Positions 1 through 10,789 of a stretch of 64,000 nt of DNA are shown here, one piece after another. Position numbers and translations under genes: made by a program. The number at the start of each line of letters is the position of its first letter. The first letter of the stretch is position 1. Under the pieces are notes generated by a model, which saw only the letters and a list, made by a program, of their open reading frames with translations, did no database searches and was not told the origin of the DNA. The stretch comes from Geosiphon pyriformis uo1 (Eukaryota; Fungi; Glomeromycota): NCBI GenBank assembly GCA_016748015.1, contig JAAOMT010000200.1:432984-496983 (forward strand). The letters run 5' to 3'.

Positions 1-980
1 TTTTTATCTATTATGATTTCTATTTCTATGAATAATAATAGTTTTAGAAAAAAGACATAAGTTTTTATATTGGACTTAAATAGTAATTATTAGTAGTAGT
101 CATGAATTTAAAAAATAAAAAAAACAGCATTTACTATCAAAAAAATGAACTTTGAATTTGATATTATGTCTTTTGGTTTAACTAATATTTCAGCCATCTT
201 CTAATAATTAATAAAAATTGTTTGCATTAGATTACTATTAAAATTAATAATAGTTTACTTAAATAATACCAATGTGTTTTTTAAAATATTTGATAATTAT
301 CTCTACTATCTTTAATAAGTATTTAAAAGATTAAGATAAGCAAAATTAAAATTAAATGCTTCAAAATGTTTTTTTAAAAAAACAGAACTCAAGTTTTTTT
401 GACATGTTATTAACAAAAATAGTATTAAAACAAATCCAAATAAGATTAAAATAGTTAAGAATTTTCCAATACCAATTAATCTTATTGAACTCTAATTATT
501 TTTGAGATTTGCTAAATACTATTAATGTTTTATTTACAATTTTTCTAAGTTGGTTCAATTACTTTACTAGCTCTTAGCCAAGAACACTAAATATAAATAA
601 ACAAAAAAACAACAAAAAACTTTTGATACATTAAAAAAAAAACTTATTCAAACTTTAGTATTAATTTATTTAAATTACAACAAGCTATTTATTATTATTA
701 CTAATATATCTAACCAAACATTAAAAGCTATGCTATTACAAAAAAAATCAAATAAATAGAAATATCTAATAGTATATATTAGCCAAAATTTAAATCCAGC
801 TAAAAAAAACTATAGAATTCTAGTATTAAAACATTTAGCTATTTATTAGACTATTATTAAATAGAAAAAATATTTAAGTTAGAAATTTAATATTTACATA
901 AATCACAAAGGGTTAACAATAATTCAAAAGCAAAAATTTGCAAATAATTAATGTATCAAATAAAAAATAGAACTATTACT
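1..980 (+). pseudogene. Heavily degraded Ty3/Gypsy pol fragment (RT and RNase H), element R0
   Basis: Residual translation LDLNSNY..KKTAFT..NFEFDIMSFGLTN..YLNN..KCFF..TELKF and NPAKKNY..LKHLAIY is colinear with the pol of element A; many stops. Confidence 0.85.
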
Positions 981-984
981 ATTT

Positions 985-2699
985 TAATCATTCTGTTTGT
1001 AGATAGTTTGTAATGTTATGTTAACATATTTACACAGTTGTGGAAAGTCTGAAATGGCGTTTGGTGGTTGGTTTTTAATTTTGGTGGTTAAATATTCAAT
1101 GGTGGTTCTTTCTGATATCTCAATAATATCTCTTGTATTATTGTAGATAAAAATTTTGATGTGACTGTAATTCTTGGCTGGTATGTATAGATTGATTAAT
1201 CCAATTTTTCTTGATTCATAAAGTGTTGCTTCTGCTTCAAAAATCTGAATCTGATCTTTTACTTTTCTCTCTATGACTAATATGTACTAGTTATATAGTG
1301 GAATGGAAATTGATTAATGGATGAAGATAATTTCTTTATTGTTAACAATTTTTTTTTTGCCATATTGACTAGTACATCTATTTTACCTGTGGATCCAAAT
1401 TCCTGTATCTCTCTTGCTGTTATCTTTAATTTTTCTTGGTTTCTCACTGATACTAATTGAGCTATTTTAACCAAAGATAGGAATATTGCCTGTGCTATCT
1501 TTTCATTTGGCTCTATGATATAGGCCTTTTCTGAGTCATTTTGTAGCATTGCAATAATATTTCCTACATATTCTGCATTAATTATTTCTTCTCTGATATT
1601 AATCTCTTTTTTTGCTAAACTACTTCTGGATGCTAACTGAACTATTGTTGTTACTAAAATTTCTAATGCTATTTTCAAATCAATGTATGTGTACAAATAT
1701 GGTTCTAATTTGATGGTTTCTTTTTCTGAATATCTCAGATCAAACCCTACATCAGTATTATGTACTTATTCTAATATAATACCTTCATTATTATTACTGA
1801 ACTATTTAAGTTTCTGCTTCTTAGAGAGATTAGAAAGCACAATATATTGTTCTAGATTTGAATTGAAGTTCAAATCATTTCCATTTCCATTTTGAACAGA
1901 GCTGGAACTGTTGTTATTATCATTATCATTATTGGAGTTTGAATCAGAATGGAATGTTGATTCTGATTCTGATGCACAGCTGCTAATTGGTTCTTCCTTC
2001 TTTGAAATCATGTAGATCATGTGTAATGATGAATTGTAGATAAGATTACACTTATTACAGTATTGAAAGTCATATAAAATCAAACAGTGGTTACATAATC
2101 GGGTGTTTAGTTGTTCTAAATGCTATTTCTACTCTTTTTTTGTGGGTGCTAAATTTTGATAGTGCTCATAAAATTCCTTTGGGCCTGTCTTTACATCAAA
2201 AAAAGCATCTGGATTTGGGATGAGAATGATGTTAACTGGTTCTGGAAGATTATTTTTAATTTCCAAAATTTCATTAGGCATGGCTCCTTTGACTTTGGCA
2301 TTTACTATTCACTAGATCTTGTCTTTATCGTGTGGATAACTATCCAAATGAAAGATTGTTTGGTGCCAGACTGCAGTAATAAGAGTCCCACAACTTACTT
2401 AGTCACTGATAAGAATTATGTACTAACATGAAACATTGCACATTTTTTCTTAACCAGAAATGTCATTCTATATTCCTTTGTCAAGCAACTGTTCTCTCCA
2501 AGTGAGACATGGTTCATTGTCCTACTTGCCTTGTTATTTTGGGTAGCCATACTATTCTCTGTGGCATGGTTTGCAGTAATAGTAAGTTTGCATTTAGTAG
2601 TTTTCATTGGATGCTATCCAAGCTCCCATAGAAGAAAGTTTCTTGTTGCAATCTTAGCACTTAAGTGAGATGTATAGTGATTCTTTGATGAGTTCATGT
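985..2699 (-). mobile_element. Element C, distal internal part (Cys-rich block, dUTPase, post-dUTPase domain), truncated before RT
   Basis: Colinear with element A 7130-8850; reading EEITSGWEQLYAH|ELIKESLYISLKC rejoins across the A insertion with 22722 onward. Confidence 0.88.
1385..1805 (-). pseudogene. dUTPase domain of element C (disrupted)
   Basis: ORF 1277-1696: QLASRSSL, IINAEYVG, EKIAQAI, REIQEFGSTG match dUTPase motifs 2-5. Confidence 0.85.
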
Positions 2700-3553
2700 T
2701 GTTACAAGTGACTAATTCTGGTGTTGGATTAAATAACAAACCCATAACTTGGTGCTCAAATCTAGTTGCAGTTGATAATAATTTGAAGGTTTGTGTTTGA
2801 AAGGTTTGTATCCGAAGGGTTTGGTTGAGTTCTTTGTATAATAGACAGAGATTCAATGGTAATAGTTTTATTCGTAGCTTTCTGAAACCGCAGTTTTGTC
2901 AATTTTTTTCTCAGTTTGATGGCTGGTATTCCTCCTGGTAAGCTATCCTCAATTGAGTGTTCTACTCTTATTTCTGGGTCTTTTACCAGTCACGTTTATC
3001 CTGAAGTCAGTACTCTGCATGTTAATCCTCAATAGAGTTAGTAAACAACAATAAAATCAAAGCAAGAAATAAAAAAAAAAAAAGAAAATAAAGAAAGAAA
3101 AGAAATAAGCCAAGGCAATTTGCAAGTTAGTATTCCATCAATAGCCATGATTAAGAGTTATTGTTCTAATGTGGTTAAGTATCAATTACTATCAACATGA
3201 AGTGTTAATAGTGGCAGCAGATTTGAGATAACAAACAGTTATTTATTTGTGGTTTAGAAAGTTGTCCAGATGAAATCTAAACTGAGAGATCTGTCTTTTT
3301 AGCTTCTAATCCTATTGCTATATATACATAATTGAGATTCTTCAATTCCTTAATTCTTCACAACAGGAATCCTGCAATTCTTTTGAGAGGAATCCTGGAA
3401 TTCTAAAATCCTGCAATTTCTTGTAAGAATCCTGTAATTTCTGGAATCCTGCAATTCCTGAGAGGAATTCTGGAATTCCACATTTTACTATGTCTACTTC
3501 TGATTGGTTAATAACTATGCTAATATATATTCCCTATATTTCTATAAGTAACA
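2700..3553 (-). repeat. 3' LTR of element A
   Basis: TGTTAC...GTAACA termini; near-identical to 21889-22721; TATA about 3319-3328, CCAAT about 3501-3509, GGAATCCTGCAATTCC repeats between them. Confidence 0.95.
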
Positions 3554-3570
3554 TTATTCCCTCTTTTTAA
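3554..3570 (-). other. Polypurine tract of element A
   Basis: Minus strand TTAAAAAGAGGGAATAA abuts the LTR TG. Confidence 0.85.
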
Positions 3571-4196
3571 TATTGAACTCTGTCAAAATTTAACTCTATT
3601 AATTCCCTTTCTTAAAGTATTTCCTGAATTTCATTTTCAAGAATTACTTGTATTATTTGAGTCTGTAATTCTTCAAATTGAGCATTGGTGATCTTTCCTA
3701 ATTGATTACTGGTAACCATATCCATTGCTTTGTTGAGTAAGATTTCTGGTCAATCCTGAAATGCTGTGTGTATTCGGTATATGGCTCAGACCTGTGTGGA
3801 TAAGTTGTTCTTTCCCAAAAAATGTTCTAATTGTTGTAGTATTCTTGTGTCAAATAATCGCTTTGTTTTATCCATATATAAATTCTGGATATTCACGTGT
3901 TGTCCTAAGTAAAAATAACAATAGTTTCTTGAAAATTGTTGTATCCACCAATTCCAAGTTTCTTTAGTCAACTCTTGGTATAGTGACTCTTTTGTTGATT
4001 CTTTTATTGCTAATTTTACTTTCACAATGATTTTGTTAATAGTATTTTCTGTTTTCTTCTATGTTCTATGTGGCAATGTTTTTCTAGTGTCTTGATATCA
4101 GATGGTTTGTTGATTAATTGTAATTTCTATCTCTTGGTGTTGAATTAATTGAAAAAGTTGTTGTGCTAGTAAGTAGATGTTGTCTGTAATTTTCAT
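3554..4196 (-). pseudogene. ORF3 of element A (unknown helical protein, about 210 aa)
   Basis: Read-through gives MKITDNIYLLAQQLF..IEITINQQTI..YCYFYLG..AIYRIHTAF..QLGKITNAQFEEL; includes ORF 3786-4025; homologous to ORF3 of B, D, E, F. Confidence 0.8.
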
Positions 4197-4255
4197 TTTT
4201 TTGATATTTCTTGTTGCATCTACCATGTCTTTATATATTCTTTTGATGGATTAAT

Positions 4256-7110
4256 TTAATGTGTTGTTGTCAATGATGATGATTGGTTCCAAATCTCATG
4301 GAATCTTCTCTGGTTGGATTAGTATCTTCTGTACTCCTAATTGTGGAATATTACTGGTGGATGGTAGTGTGATGTTGTGGTATGGTTTCAGTCAATCTTC
4401 ATGTGTTGTTTTGGTTAAAATTTTGTTATCCAGTCTTAATTTGTAAGCTTCATTCCCTAGAATTTCTTCTATGTGAAATGGTCCATCCCATTTGGGGTCA
4501 AATTTTCCATTCCATTGTTTTTCCACTTTGGTACAATGTAAGAGTACTTTGTCTCCAATCTTAAATTCAACTGGTTTGTCTGGTAGTTGATTATCATGTC
4601 TTTTTTTCTGTTTCTTTTGTGACTTTTGTATATTATTAGCTGCTTTTCTTTGTTTGTTTTCCAATGTTTTCATTAAGTCATATGTTCTTCTTAACAATGT
4701 TTCTTGGAAATTTTTTTCTGTTATTGGTTCAGTTAAATATGTGTTAACTTCTATCTCAACTGGTAATGTTGTTGTTCTACCATATATCAATTCAAATGGT
4801 GTTGCTTGTGTGGTGTCTTGCTTCATTGTCCAATAAGCAAATAATACTGATGGTATAAACAAATCTTATTTGTCCTGGTTTTTTTGGCTGAGTTTTGCTA
4901 TTGCTTTACACAATATTCTATTAAATCTTTCAACTAATCCATTGGTTTATGGATGGTATGGTGATGATAGTAGTCTCTTAATTCCGAATCTTTGGCTTAG
5001 TTCTGCTAATGTTTTATTCACAAAATGAGTTCCTTGGTTTGATAATAGTTCTTTTAGACATCCATGTTGACAAATCAGATCTTGATGGATAAATTTGGCA
5101 ATGAATTCTGCATCCGCTCTTTGAATTGCTTTGGCTTCTGGCCATTTAGTAAGATAGTTCATGGCTACTGCAATATATATCTGTTGTCTCTGCTGGTAAT
5201 TGTCAATGGTCCAACTAAATCGATTCCAATATAATCAAATAGTTGTCTCACTTTGATTGGTCTTAATGGTTTGCTGGGTCTTGTTCTTCTTTTTCTTTGA
5301 CAAGCATCACAATTTTGCACATATTGGATGATGTCTGGATACATTGATGGCCAATAGTATCTCTTTCTGGTTCTTTCCATGGTTGCTTCTTTATGAAAAT
5401 ATCCTGCAGTTGAATCTGAGTGCATGTTGAACAGTATTTTCTTCTTTTCTGGTTCTGTAATTACTCTGGTTGGTTGATTTGAATCTTTTCTATTTTTCCA
5501 ATAAAGTATATTTTGGTAAGTGATAAAATATTTGAATTGTTGTTTAATCCTCTTTTGTTCTGGTTGAGATAATTTCTTCTTGAACTATTGAGTATCTATA
5601 TAATGTTGAAGTTGTTAATATTTTTGTGTGTTCATTTTTTGTTATATTTTTGTGAGTATTGTTTTGGTTTTGTTATATTTTTGGGTTAAAATGTTTTTAG
5701 ATTTGTCTCATTCATGACAAACTGTTGGTATTTCCATTGTCTTTTTCTTTTTTATAATGTATGGTATAAGTATATGTTAAAAGAGCCATTTTCCATCTTG
5801 ACTGTCTTCCATCTCCAAATTTTTGTTTTTGGAGTGATGTCAATCTTTTGTGATCTGTGTACACCTCAAACTTTTGGCTTAAGTATTTTTTCCATTTTAT
5901 AACTGCCCAATAGATTGCTAGATGTTCTAATTCTGGTGTTCCATAGTTCTTTTCAGCTAGAATCAAACTTCGGCTGGCATATGTGACTAGATGTTCTCTT
6001 CCATCCAATCTTTTCTGAGATAGTACTGCTCCCAATGCTTGACCTGATGCATCAGTGGTGATAATAAATGGTTTACTATGATTTGGATAAATCAATACTG
6101 GAGCTTGAATAAGCTTTTTTCTTAAGATATCAAATGCTTCTTGCTGGGTTTCAGTCCATTCATACTTTGCATTTTTGGTTTAAAAATCATTGAGTGGTTG
6201 TGCTATCTTTGAAAAGTTTTTTATGAAGCATCTATAATAGCTCACGAATTTCAAGAATGATTTCAGCTCGGTTATGTTGGTTGGTATTGAAAAGTTCTTT
6301 ACTATCTCTATTTTTTCCGGATCTGTTTTTATGCCATCTTTGCTAACTATGTGTCCCAAGAATTTTAGTTCTGTTTTGCCAAAAAAACATTTTGTTGCAT
6401 TCAATTTTAATTCTGCTCATCATAGTCTTTTGAACACTTGTTGGAGATAACGTAGATGATCATTAAATGTTTTTGAAAACACATTAATGTCATTCAAGTA
6501 TACAACTACTGATTTCCACAATAAGCCAGTATACATAATTTCCATTAGCCATTGGAATGTAGCTGGAGCATTGGTTAAGCTGAATGACATAACTTTAAAC
6601 TCAAAGTTTCCTTCTCTTGTGGTAAACACTGTTTTTTCTTTGTCGGCTGGATCCATGACTACTTGCCAGTACCCACTATCCAAGTCTAACATTGAGAACC
6701 ATTTGTTTCTACCGAAAGCATTAAATAGTTTTTGTATCCGTGGAGTTGGATAGCTGTCTTCATGAGTTACACCATTGAGTTTCCTGTAGTCTACACAAAA
6801 TTAGATTTTTCCATTTTTCTTACAGACGAATACCACTGGTAATGACTATGGGCTCATTGATGGCTGAATTAACCCATTGTCAAGCATTCGGTTGATCTCT
6901 TGATGGATGATTTCATGGCTGGCTGGTGGTACCTTATATGCTTGCTGTTTGATTGGCATTGCATCTCCAGTCTTAATCTGATACTGAATAATATTAGTTC
7001 TGCCAAATTTGTTTTCACTGGTGAAGATGTCATTGAAATTATTGAGTAACATCTTTAGTTGTATCTGTTGAAGTGGGTCTAGATTTCCTATGTTCATCTG
7101 TTCCAATTGT
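4256..7110 (-). pseudogene. pol of element A: RT, RNase H, integrase with GPY/F tail, no chromodomain
   Basis: LDLDSGYWQ, YLND, TDASGQALGAVL, H..C..CDAC, IGIDLVGPL, SSPYHP, KWDGPFHI. Confidence 0.95.
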
Positions 7111-7529
7111 TCTGGCTGTAACAGATAACATTTGTTTCATCTGTAGATGGTTTGTGATGTAATGTCCACATATCTACAAAGCTGTGGAAAATCTGGAATG
7201 TTGCTTGGTGCTTGATCTTCAATTTCCATGGTTAAATATCTGAAAGTGATTCCTTCCAGTATTTTTACAACATTTCTGGTGTTGTTGTAAATGGGAATTT
7301 TGATATGGTTATGACTCTTAGCTGGTATGTGTAGATTGATAAGTTCAATTTCTCCTGATTCACAAAGGGTTGCTTCTGCTTCAAAAATCTGTTCTTGCTT
7401 CTTCTCTCTCCTTTCTATTGCTAACATGTATCAGCTATATGATGGAATGGAAATTGTTTGACTGGTTGAGATAATTTCTCCTTGGCCAATAATTTTTTCC
7501 TCCACCATATTAACTGGTACATCTATTCT

Positions 7530-7950
7530 ACCTGTTGATCCAAATCCTTATATCCCTCTTGCTGTTATCCCTAATTCTTCCCTATTTCTCACTGAAACTA
7601 ACTGAGCTATTTTTACCAGAGGCAGGAATATTGCCTGTGCTATCCTTTTATTTGGCTCTATAACATAGGCCTTTTCTGAGTTATTTTATAACATAGCAAT
7701 GATATTTCCTACATATCCTGCATCAATTATTCCTCCTCTAATGTTTATTCTCTTTTTCACTAAACTACTCCTAAATGCTAATTGAACCATTGTTATTGCT
7801 AGAATTTCCAGTGCTATTTTTAGATTGATGCAAGTGCATGAATAGGTTTCCAATTTGATAGCATTTTTTTCTGAATATTTCAGATCAAATCCTGTATCAG
7901 TATCATGTGCACATTCTGGCATAATACTTTTATCATTATTACTGAACCAT
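7530..7950 (-). pseudogene. dUTPase domain of element A
   Basis: DTGFDL, RSSL, GGIIDAGYVG, IAQAI, GFGSTG remnants. Confidence 0.9.
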
Positions 7951-8189
7951 TTCAGTTCTTGCTCTTTGGTGAGATCAGAGAGTGCGATATATTGTTCATA
8001 GTTTGAATCTGAGTTTGAATCTGAGTTGAAATCATTGTCATTGTTATAGCCATTTTGAACAGAGCTGGAACCGTTATTTTTGTTATTGTCGTTGTCAGAG
8101 TTTGAATTAGGATTGAAACTCGATTCCAATTCTGATGTGCAGCTGTTGATTGGTTTTTTTTTTTCAGGAATTGTGTAGATTATGCATGG

Positions 8190-8830
8190 TAGTGGATTGT
8201 AAATGAGGTCACAATCATTACAGAATTGGAAGTCACATGGAATCAAACAGTAGTTACATAATCAGGTGTTGATTTCTTCCAAGCATTGCTCTTGCTCTTC
8301 TCTCATGGGTGCTAGATTCTAATAGTGTTCATGGAATTCTTTTGGGCTGTTTTCTAAGTTGATAAAGACATCCGGGTTGAGAACCAAAACAATATCTGTT
8401 AGTTTTAAAGGGTTATTTTTGATTTCCAGAATTTTACTGGACAAAGTGCCTTCTACTTTGGCATTGGCCATTTGCCAAATTTCATCCTTGTTATGTGGAT
8501 AGCCGTCTAGGCAGGATATAGTTCGGTGCCATGCTGCTGTAATAGGCATACCACAACTCACCCAGTCACTGATAAGAATTGTGTATTGGCATGAAGCATC
8601 ACACATTTCTCCTCAAGCAAGAATGTCATTCCATATTCCTTTATCGAGTAATTGTTCACTGCAAATAAGACATGGTTTGTTGTCCCACTTGTCTTGTCTT
8701 TTTGGGTAGCCATATCATTCTCTATGGCAGAGCTTGCAATAGTAATGGGTTCACGTCCAGTAGTTTTCATCTGATGCTATCCAAGCTCTTATTGAGAACA
8801 GTTTTTTCCCACAATCCTTGCATTTGAGAA
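8190..8830 (-). pseudogene. Cys-rich putative zinc-binding block of element A polyprotein
   Basis: CKDC, CDASC, C..C.IPCDFQFCNDC motifs conserved in B, C, D and E. Confidence 0.7.
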
Positions 8831-9013
8831 GTATATATGGCAGCTCTTTTATTGGTTCACATGAGTATTCTCTTTCCCAGCTACTAGTTATTTCTTCTGC
8901 AGTGGTGGTTTCTTCAAGTATGTTTTCTTCCTTTCCTTTCTCTTTTTTCTTGTTTTTTTCTTTCCAATCTAGAATTGGTGGCATCTCGTTTTGGTTGTTG
9001 TCAGTCCAAGTGT

Positions 9014-9991
9014 TATTACTGGAGGTTTTTGGTCTCTTTTCTTAAATGTTGTCGATGCTTGTTTGCTGTGAATTCACGTTTTTTGGATGTGGTTGAACCT
9101 CCAATAACTGAATTTATCTTCAAAATATTTTCTATAATTTGAATTGCTGGGCTTATAAGTAGAATGGCCAATTCTGTGCCAGTTACTTTATGTAGTTACG
9201 TTGTAGTAAATGTCAACTCTTTCCCAGGAATTGCTCATCTGGAAGCTCACTAAAATGTATAGTTACTTTGCTATGAAAGTCAACTTTTCTACAGAAATCT
9301 TGTCTGTAGGCTACTCTAATGATTGTAAAAATAAAAAAAAATAAAAAGAAAAGAAATGCAAAAGAAATAGAATTCTGTCAAGAGAAACGTTTTCTATCCA
9401 GGCCTAGAGTCACTAACAGTTTACTGAAATTGGTAGCTAATCAATTTCGAAATGTTAGTTGGGTTTTGGGGATTTTCCAAGTGCAATAATTAAAGAATTT
9501 AGTTTTTTGAATTATTTGATATTTATTTCTTTCTGTGTGTATAGAAATGGTTCTAAGTAATAAATCTAAAGTAAGATACATTTTCTCAAAGAGAGAAGCT
9601 TTTCTTTTATACAACTTGTCATAACACTATTCTATGAACTTGAACTTTGTTATTTTCTATAATTTTGCTGAACTAAAGATACATTTTGGCAAACTACAAG
9701 TTATTTCTGCGAACTATTAGATATTTCAGTGAACTATCAATTATTTCAGTGAATTTCTATAAATTTCAGCAAACTTTTGAATGTTACATAGTTCGGGGTA
9801 TTGCATGATTGATCATCACAATTAGGTTACATTTGTGTTGTGTACAATTTGGGTTATTAATTAAATGATAATTTCAGACATTTTTGCTAATGTAATAAGT
9901 GATAATTTAAAACGATAATATATGCTAATTAATGATAGAAATTATAAGATAATTTTATGTTAAATAATATCTCTAATTTTGTCTGGTAACA
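9014..9991 (-). repeat. 3' LTR of element B
   Basis: About 97% identical to 17883-18860; followed by PPT (minus strand GAGAAGGAGGTTA, about 9992-10005). Confidence 0.96.
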
Positions 9992-10677
9992 TAACCTCCT
10001 TCTCAAAACTGAGCTCTGTTGAAGTCCAAGTACTGTTTGTCATTTCCAGATAATAATCCAAAATTATTGAAGAAATTTGGTCTGAAAATTGTTGAAATTT
10101 CAGTTCTGTGAGCTTTCCAATATATTGAATTTTCAAAGATTGAAAAATTGGGTTTTGTAGTACGTTTTCACAGATGTAGAATAGGTCATAAAGTCTAAGA
10201 GCAGCTCTAAGCCTGTAGTGACTGTTTGTTGATCCAGCTGTTGTCTTGAATTTGTTGTGAAGTTGTTTCTGAATAGCTTCTTTTGCGAGGTTTGTTGTTG
10301 TAAGTTCCAGTTTCCGTTCATAGAGTGTTTTTCCAATGTGAAAATATCTATAGATTGGAGGATATTTAGTGTTTTCCTCATTGAAGTTTTTGTTAAATTG
10401 TAGCATTTGGTGGAATACTAATCAGAGTGAGCATTAGGTTTTCTTTTAAAGCAAGCTTTAAAAGTTCTGGCAGGTGAATTTCAGTATAACTTCTTGTGTT
10501 CTTCTTATATGGGTGATATTTTCGTGAATTTGGGGCTAAATTTGTAACTACTTTTGTTTGGGTATAATTAATGTGGTTTCCAGTAACAGTAATAGATAAT
10601 TCGAGTATTGTTTTTAAAGCTAACATTAGTTTTTGGGATAATTGTTGAATGTTTTGAGGAATAGTCATTATAAACAA
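9960..10677 (-). pseudogene. ORF3 of element B (one frameshift), runs through the PPT into U3
   Basis: ORFs 10393-10677 and 9960-10406; LSITV..INY, YRYFHIG, RAALRLYDLF, YIGKLTELKFQQF. Confidence 0.82.
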
Positions 10678-10789
10678 TTTGAAATAAAAGAAAATTATTT
10701 TTGGTGCATGAGTTTTTATGTTATTTTTGTTTTGTTTTTGTGAGATTGTTTCTAAATTATAAAGAGATAACTATAATGATAAATTTAAA

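Noticed and set aside
2614-2856. ORF in U5 possibly fused to gag through the PBS
   Set aside because: In-frame stop in the PBS in A and E and a different frame in C; not consistent
3265-3295. GAAA...CTGAGAG as hammerhead ribozyme core
   Set aside because: Only 6 nt between the core halves, no room for stems I and III, and not conserved in other LTR copies
3334-3480. Short repeat arrays as CRISPR
   Set aside because: No unique spacers or cas genes; they are U3 tandem repeats in eukaryotic LTRs
4256-4560. Chromodomain at the integrase C-terminus
   Set aside because: Only the GPY/F SH3-like module and a short DLEPII tail are present
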